Source: Telmatospirillum sp. (GTDB taxonomy: Bacteria; Pseudomonadota; Alphaproteobacteria; CACIAM-22H2). Taken from it: a stretch of 64,000 nt of DNA. Below, piece after piece: positions 59,201 to 64,000 of this stretch (within the stretch, counting starts at the first letter, position 1; the number at the start of each line of letters is the position of its first letter). The translations under genes and the position numbers were made by a program. The stretch covers positions 22,552 through 86,551 of the forward strand of contig JADCGL010000009.1 of the NCBI GenBank assembly GCA_020248985.1. The letters run 5' to 3'. Below the pieces are notes generated by a model. That model searched no databases, had not been told where the DNA came from, and was given only the letters and a program-made list of their open reading frames with translations.

Positions 59201-59381
59201 CGGTCGCCCCCGGCCACGATGTTTGCAGTACCATCACGCGGAATGTGAAATCGGGATCTTCCTTCTGGCCGAGCTTGAAGAAGGCGAGGATGCCCGCCGC
59301 CATCAGCAGCACGACGACAAAGCGCGTGAACGACGCGTGTTGAATTGCCCAGGCCGACAGGTTGAAGCGTTGCGCGCTCAT
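56286..59381 (-). CDS. RND efflux transporter permease (AcrB/HAE1-like)
   Basis: I trimmed the track ORF 56286..59777 to the ATG at 59381, an ATGA overlap with the MFP stop. 1,031 aa with the typical N-terminus MSAQRFNLSAWAIQHASFTRFVVVLLMAAG and 12-TM organisation. Confidence 0.93.
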   Translation of the reverse strand: MSAQRFNLSAWAIQHASFTRFVVVLLMAAGILAFFKLGQKEDPDFTFRVMVLQTSWPGATADEVQNQVTARLERKLQEVPYLDFTRSSSRPGESLIFVNLRQDVPPKQVADIWYQVRKKIGDIGATLPAGVQGPFFNDEFGDTYSAIYALTGEGYGYRQLKDQADLLRDALLRVRGVEKIDVIGEQAERIFVTVSNRRLAQLGIDVDAIARAVGGQNDVEPAGTVNTAARDVRLRVEGGVDRMAEIAELRLRAGDATIRLGDIAEVTRGYVDPPVFRMRFQNRDAIGLGVVMARDGNVVELGPRLDAVIAAIGDEMPLGLEIGKVADQPQIVGRYIGEFLTTLLEAIAIVLVVSFVSLGLRTGVVVALTIPLVLAITFLAMDYFGIALQKISLGALIIALGLLVDDAMIAVEMMARKLEEGMDKAAAATYAFTSTAMPMLTGTLITVAGFLPVGLAKSTAGEYTFSIFAVVGIALVVSWFAAVFFTPYLGYVLLVERKAHSAHDVFDTRFYRAVRAFVDACLRYRWSVIVVTGLLFAAGIAGLGIVPKQFFPASNRAEAMVELWLPEGSGFAASEAAAKQLERALAGDPDIVNVTTYVGGGSPRFYLPLDQQLQTANFAQLVVLTTDLEARERVIARIRAELGANAAGVRGRVDRLNSGPPVGWPVQFRVRGDDPAVLRKFADAVKDQVRAHPATFDVHDDWREAVSSLRIAIDQDRARALGITSQTVRRTLAGVTAGVAIGGYREDDAVIPILLRAPADERTALAALEQIYVRAASGVSVPLSQIARLVPDSEAGIVWRRNRMPTITVLANLPDSVQPPDVSKAIDTALAPLRRQLPAGYTIEAGGAVEESAKSQASIFVNLPLVAVATLVLLMLQLHHFGRAMLVFLTAPLGIIGAAGALLVFQLPFGFTAILGVIALSGMIMRNSVILVDQIEREIAAGHDAWTAIVESTVARFRPIMLTAAAAILALIPLTRNVFWGPMSAAMMGGLVVATLLTVSFLPALYAAWFRVKRPQQVAASAPKMAAVAAE

Positions 59382-60457
59382 GGCTGCACCGTGGCTACGC
59401 GCACGCGCTGGCCGTCGCGCAGCAGATGGGCACCCGCTGCGACAATGCGGTCGCCGGGCGCAAGTTCGCCGGCAACGACGAGATTGGCACCGCTTGTACC
59501 CACGATTTCGACGTCGCGCGGCGTTGCGAAGTCGCGGCCGGCCTGCACGATCCACACTTGCTTCTCGGCGCCCTTGGCGATCACGGCCGATAGCGGCACT
59601 TCGAAGCCGCCGATCGACGCCGGAACCGCAAACGACACGTTCGCACTCATGCCGAGCCGATAGGCGGGCGGGGCGTCGGGGATCGAGATGCGCACGCGGT
59701 AGGTGCGCGTGGCGCGGTCCGCCATGGCGGAGATTTCGCGCACCTGCCCGTCGATTGCAGCCCCGGCCGCCGCCCACAGATCGACCTTCACGCTTGCACC
59801 GGGGGCAAACAGATCGACTTGCGTTTCGGGCACTGCAATCGCGACTTCGCGCGCATCGAGCCGTGCGAGGCGAAACACGGTCTGGCCGACCCCCAGCACC
59901 TGGCCGGGTTCGGCTTCGACGGACGTGACGATGGCGGCAGCGTCGGCCGCCAAGTTCGTGTAGCCGGTCTGGTTGGCGCGTTCGCGCGCCTGCGATTCGA
60001 CCTGGTCGAGCGCGGCTTTGGCCGCGCGATACTGCGTTTCGAAGCGGTCGAACTGGGATTGCGCGATATGGCCGCGCTCGAGCAGCGCGCGCTGGCGGGC
60101 AAGATCGGCGGTCGCGAGTTCAAGCTGCGACTGGGCCGCTGCGACGCTTGCGCGCGCACTGCGCTCGGACAGCGCAAGATCGCGCGCATCGAGCCGCGCC
60201 AGGATCTGGCCCGCTTCGACGCGAGCACCCAGATCGACGCGCCGCTCGACCATTTTGCCCGCGACCCGGAAACCCAGGGCAGTCTCGATGCGCGGCACGA
60301 TCTCGCCCGAGAACTGCAGCGTCGTTTCGCTTGGGCTTTGCTGCAGATCGATCAGGCGCACGGGCCGTATCTCCTCCGGCCGGGCCGGTGCTTCGCCGCA
60401 CGCGGCCAAAGCCCCAAGGGCGGCAAGGCCCATCAGCGCAAACGCAATCCGTGGCAT
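59378..60457 (-). CDS. RND efflux periplasmic adaptor (membrane fusion protein), lipoprotein
   Basis: Lipobox LGALAAC. Coiled-coil hairpin region (RASVAAAQSQLELATADLARQRAL). C-terminal beta-barrel domains. Confidence 0.9.
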   Translation of the reverse strand: MPRIAFALMGLAALGALAACGEAPARPEEIRPVRLIDLQQSPSETTLQFSGEIVPRIETALGFRVAGKMVERRVDLGARVEAGQILARLDARDLALSERSARASVAAAQSQLELATADLARQRALLERGHIAQSQFDRFETQYRAAKAALDQVESQARERANQTGYTNLAADAAAIVTSVEAEPGQVLGVGQTVFRLARLDAREVAIAVPETQVDLFAPGASVKVDLWAAAGAAIDGQVREISAMADRATRTYRVRISIPDAPPAYRLGMSANVSFAVPASIGGFEVPLSAVIAKGAEKQVWIVQAGRDFATPRDVEIVGTSGANLVVAGELAPGDRIVAAGAHLLRDGQRVRVATVQP

Positions 60458-60513
60458 ATTCGACCTCGTGGAAGGCTGGAGTCGGAACGAGTGATCGTTG
60501 TTAACTTAGTGAT

Positions 60514-60538
60514 GATAAGTTATCATTGATAACTTATC
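60514..60538. promoter_or_regulatory. Perfect 11-3-11 inverted repeat GATAAGTTATC-ATT-GATAACTTATC, candidate TetR operator
   Basis: Located in the 115-bp divergent intergenic region between the MFP gene (start 60457) and the TetR gene (start 60573). AT-rich in a GC-rich genome. Confidence 0.55.
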
Positions 60539-60572
60539 TGTCAAGCTGCGGATTGCGTACGAGGCCCATAAA

Positions 60573-61217
60573 TTGTCCAAGTCTCTGAATTTGCAAAGAA
60601 AGCCAAAAGGCTCGGGGCATGAGCGGCGGGCCGAGATTCTCGACGCCGCCCAGCGGATCTTGCTGCGCGACGGCATCGAGCGCGCCACGGTCCGCGCAAT
60701 CGCGGCCGAAATCGGCACGTCGTCGACCGCCCTCTACGTCTATTTCCCGACGCGCGACGCGATCCTGCTCGCTTTGTGCGATCGCACGATGGGCGAGTTG
60801 CTGCTGCAGTTCGATGCGCTCGAGGCCACGCACGCAAACGACCTCGACAAGCTCAAAGGCTTCATGGCCGCCTATGTGCGGTTCGGCCAAACCCACCCGG
60901 ACGCGTATCGCACCGTGTTCTCGATAAAGAGCCAGGGGATCGGCGCTGCCACGCATCTGGCGGCGAACCCGAACGAGACGGTCGGCAATGCCGGCCCGCA
61001 GCTGTTCGGTCGGCTTCTTGCCCTGGTCGAGCGCTTGGTCGCCGCCGGCACGTTTGCCGCACGCGATCCGGTGGCGATCGCGGAGACGATCTGGATGCTC
61101 GGGCACGGCATGATCATGCTGACAATATCGATGCCGCAATTTCCGTGGAAAGAGCCCGCCCGCGCGATCGAAGCGGCAACCGAGAATCTGCTGGCGGGCC
61201 TGCTCAAGCGCGACTGA
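60573..61217 (+). CDS. TetR/AcrR-family transcriptional regulator
   Basis: TTG start in the track. N-terminal HTH (RRAEILDAAQRILLRDGIERATVRAIAAEIGTSSTALYVYFPTRDAIL). Divergent from the efflux operon. Confidence 0.85.
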   Translation: MSKSLNLQRKPKGSGHERRAEILDAAQRILLRDGIERATVRAIAAEIGTSSTALYVYFPTRDAILLALCDRTMGELLLQFDALEATHANDLDKLKGFMAAYVRFGQTHPDAYRTVFSIKSQGIGAATHLAANPNETVGNAGPQLFGRLLALVERLVAAGTFAARDPVAIAETIWMLGHGMIMLTISMPQFPWKEPARAIEAATENLLAGLLKRD

Positions 61218-63774
61218 CCGGCGCCATCGCCCGGCGCAGCAGCGGCTTGGCAATCTCGAGCACGACCAAAACCACCAGACCTGCGCCGACGGTCAGCAGC
61301 AGATCGTCCATGTGCAAGGGTCCAAAGCGGAACAGGTCGCGCAAGGCCGGGATGGCCAGCGTGGCGCCGAGCATCAGCACGACGAACGGCAGCACGATCG
61401 CAAGGGCACGGTTGGGCCGCCGGACCGCCTGCAACAGCGACGCACTCGCCGACCTGTTCACGAGAATGAGCGCCACGATCGCGGTCACCAGCGAGAAGAA
61501 GGCAAGCGCGCGCACCTCGTCGGCCGGCATGCCGCGTTCGATTGCGACGACGAAGATCGCCGCGACAAGCCCGAAAGCAAAGATGCCCTGCAGCAAGCTC
61601 CAGACGACCATCGCGCGCGAGAACAAAGGCTCGGCCGGATCGCGCGGCGGGCGGCGCATCAGATCGTCCTCGGCCGTCTCGGCCTCGAACACGAGCGAGC
61701 ACACCGGATCGATCACCATCTCAAGAAACGCGATATGCACCGGCCCCAAGAGGATCGGCAACCCGAACAGCAGCGGCAGCAAGGCAAGGCCCGCGATCGG
61801 CACATGCACCGCCAGAATGAAACTCATCGCTTTGCGCAGATTGTCGTAGATGCGCCGACCGAGTTTGACGGTCGCGACGATCGAGCCGAAATCGTCGTCG
61901 AGCAATACGATCGACGACGCCTCGCGCGCCACATCCGTGCCGCGCTGCCCCATCGCCACGCCGATATTGGCGGCTTTGAGCGAGGGCGCATCGTTCACGC
62001 CGTCGCCGGTCATCGCCACGACCGCGCCGTTGGTCTGCAAAGCGCGCACGATGCGCAGCTTCTGCTCCGGCATCACGCGCGCAAAAACCGTGGCCGTCGC
62101 AACACGCTTGGCGAGGTCGGCATCCGAAAGGTCGGCAAGCGTGTCGCCGACAAGCATGTCGGCGCCGTCGAGCCCCGCGGACTTCGCGATCGCAAGCGCT
62201 GTCGCCGGATAGTCGCCGGTGATCATCACCACGCGAATGCCGGCGGCCCGGCACTCTTTGACGGCGGCCGGCACGCTCGCACGCAACGGATCCGACAGCC
62301 CGAGAAGCCCCAGAAAGGCGAAGGCGAAACCCTCTTGCGCCTCGGGAAAATCGCCGTCGGCAAATTCCGCCTGGGCGACACCCAGAACGCGCAAGCCCGC
62401 CGCCGCCATTTCCTCGACGGATTTTTCGAGCTGTGCGCGCGCCACCGCATCGAGCCGGCAGAGAGTCGCGATCGCCTCCGGCGCCCCCTTTGCCGCCGCG
62501 ATGTAAGGGGCTGCAGAACCGGCGGCACCGGGCCACACATTCGTCATGGCGAGGCATTCCGGCCTTAGCGCGTAACTTTTCAGCGGCGCCGCTGGGGCCG
62601 CTTCGGCGAGCGGTGCAACCAAGGCGGCCTTGTCGGCAACCGCGAAGATCGCCTTTTCCATCGGGTCGAAGGGCTTGGGCGTACTGGCGCGGGCGCCGAC
62701 TTGCACCAGATTTTGGAACGCTTCGCCAAGCGCCGCGGACGGTTCCGCGAGTGCTGCCGCCGTTCCGTCGGCAAGCCGCAGCGCGGCGAGCGTCATGCGG
62801 TTTTCGGTCAGCGTCCCGGTTTTGTCGGTGCACAAGACCGTGGCCGATCCCAGCGCCTCGATGGCGCTCGCGCGCCTTGTAAGCACGCGGACCTGCGAAA
62901 TGCGCCACGCCCCCATCGCCATGAAAACGGCGAGGACCACGGGGAATTCCTCGGGCAGCATCGACATGCCGACGGCAATGCCGGCCAAAACCGCATCGAG
63001 CCAGCCGCCGCGCAGCGTGCCGTACAGCACGACCACGAGCAGGCTTACGGCCGCACCAACCGTCGCAAAGACGCGCACGAGCTGGCGCGTCTGGGTCTGG
63101 AGATGCGGTGCGGCGGTTTCAATGGCACCCAGCGAGCGGCCGATGCGGCCGATCTCGCTGCGCGGCCCGGTCGCCACGACCTCGGCAAGGCCCACGCCGC
63201 GCACGACGAGCGTGCCGGAATAGACGAAGGGCAGATCGTCGCCGCCGGGTCGCTTGGGCGCATCGCGCATTTGCGAGTCCGGCACTTTGCGCACGGGCGC
63301 CGATTCGCCGGTCAGCAGCGATTCGTCCGTCTGCAGATCCTGGGCGTCGACGAGCCGCGCATCGGCCGGCACGCGGTCGCCCTCGGCCAGCACGAGCAGG
63401 TCGCCGCGCACGACGTCGCTGCCCGCGATGCGCACCCGTGCGCCGTCGCGCACGACAAGGGCGCGCGGGCTCGTGAGGTCCCGCAACGCCTCGAGCACGC
63501 GCTCGGTACGCGCTTCCTGCACGACCGTGATGATCACGGACATGCAGGCAAAGACGAGCAGCAGGATCGCTTCCGCGACGTCGCCCAGCACCAGATAGAC
63601 CGCACCGCCGCCGATCAGCAGGGCCAGCATCGGCTCGCGCAGAACATCGGACACGATGCGCAATGCCGTGCGGCGCGCCGTCTGCGGCAGCGCATTGGGT
63701 CCATCGGCGGCGAGGCGCTGCTTGGCTTCCGAGCCACTGAGACCGTTACGTTCGACAGCAGATACTATGGCCAT
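61204..63774 (-). CDS. Cation-translocating P-type ATPase (P2-like, Ca2+/Mg2+-type)
   Basis: 856 aa with GLSGSEAKQRL..GPN, TGES, phosphorylation motif CTDKTGTLTEN, MITGDYP and MTGDGVNDAPSLKAANIGVAMG. Confidence 0.92.
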   Translation of the reverse strand: MAIVSAVERNGLSGSEAKQRLAADGPNALPQTARRTALRIVSDVLREPMLALLIGGGAVYLVLGDVAEAILLLVFACMSVIITVVQEARTERVLEALRDLTSPRALVVRDGARVRIAGSDVVRGDLLVLAEGDRVPADARLVDAQDLQTDESLLTGESAPVRKVPDSQMRDAPKRPGGDDLPFVYSGTLVVRGVGLAEVVATGPRSEIGRIGRSLGAIETAAPHLQTQTRQLVRVFATVGAAVSLLVVVLYGTLRGGWLDAVLAGIAVGMSMLPEEFPVVLAVFMAMGAWRISQVRVLTRRASAIEALGSATVLCTDKTGTLTENRMTLAALRLADGTAAALAEPSAALGEAFQNLVQVGARASTPKPFDPMEKAIFAVADKAALVAPLAEAAPAAPLKSYALRPECLAMTNVWPGAAGSAAPYIAAAKGAPEAIATLCRLDAVARAQLEKSVEEMAAAGLRVLGVAQAEFADGDFPEAQEGFAFAFLGLLGLSDPLRASVPAAVKECRAAGIRVVMITGDYPATALAIAKSAGLDGADMLVGDTLADLSDADLAKRVATATVFARVMPEQKLRIVRALQTNGAVVAMTGDGVNDAPSLKAANIGVAMGQRGTDVAREASSIVLLDDDFGSIVATVKLGRRIYDNLRKAMSFILAVHVPIAGLALLPLLFGLPILLGPVHIAFLEMVIDPVCSLVFEAETAEDDLMRRPPRDPAEPLFSRAMVVWSLLQGIFAFGLVAAIFVVAIERGMPADEVRALAFFSLVTAIVALILVNRSASASLLQAVRRPNRALAIVLPFVVLMLGATLAIPALRDLFRFGPLHMDDLLLTVGAGLVVLVVLEIAKPLLRRAMAPVSRA

Positions 63775-64000
63775 GGGGGGATGTCCCTTCGGAATATCGG
63801 CGCGACGCAGCGAAGCTTGCCGAATTCGCGAAGGCGGCGCTTTGCTCTAGCGCAACGCCGGCGCAAGACGCAATGCGGAACGGGCGAACTTGGTAGATTC
63901 CGATGCCGTACGCCAAACGGGGTGCGGCCGCCTTTAAACGGCAATATCTTTGCCGCAAGCTTTGGGCTTATCTGCAGAAATCGGAGGTTCGGCGATGAAA

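Noticed and set aside
56286-60457. The MFP-RND pair as the secretion machinery for the giant RTX-like protein
   Set aside because: The inner-membrane component is an AcrB-type 12-TM RND permease (1,031 aa) with no ABC ATPase motifs. T1SS needs an ABC exporter. The pair is also 28 kb away and under its own TetR.
63995-64000. ATGAAA preceded by GGAGG (63983..63987) at the window edge, a possible start of a plus-strand gene
   Set aside because: Only two codons are visible, so it cannot be supported as a feature.
1-64000. CRISPR arrays, IS or transposase genes, toxin-antitoxin pairs, restriction-modification or other defence systems, rRNA
   Set aside because: I saw no short direct-repeat/spacer arrays, no transposase or integrase-like translations in any frame of the track, and no rRNA-like sequence. 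The only large repeat is the intragenic array in the giant gene.

Overview
High-GC (roughly 63-65% by eye) chromosomal segment, probably alphaproteobacterial, judged from TctABC/Bug transporters, a DUF1194 protein and a two-cold-shock-domain protein. All family calls are by-eye motif recognition from memory. No searches were run. I call 48 protein genes and one tRNA-Gln(UUG). Most of the window is ordinary transport and catabolism. Left to right: tctCBA; a convergently split Dpp/Opp-type ABC importer with a nucleoside phosphorylase and two PfkB kinases; vanA-gntR-vanB; a polar amino-acid ABC system with dehydrogenase, flavoprotein, RraA and an orphan binding protein; msrB; DUF1194 and a two-CSD protein; aminotransferase, MFS, cupin, GST, K+/H+ antiporter; methyltransferase-ispE-gmd-fcl; an M14 peptidase; a minus-strand string TetR|MFP-RND-radical SAM-YnjBCD-like ABC importer; and a P-type ATPase. 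The outstanding feature is one uninterrupted 12,015-nt minus-strand ORF (15874..27888). It encodes a 4,004-aa, very acidic protein with no Lys, Cys or Trp, made of about 83 tandem 46-residue Gly/Asp repeats with a 5-unit super-period. It ends in four canonical RTX nonapeptides and a T1SS-like tail, but no T1SS genes are in the window. It shares a 433-bp AT-rich control region carrying two ATGTATACA(T) palindromes with vanA. The second candidate is a radical-SAM/SPASM-like gene translationally coupled to the YnjBCD-type importer. I saw no CRISPR arrays, IS elements, integrases or rRNA. Many long ORFs in the track are high-GC or antisense artefacts, and several real genes needed start trimming.
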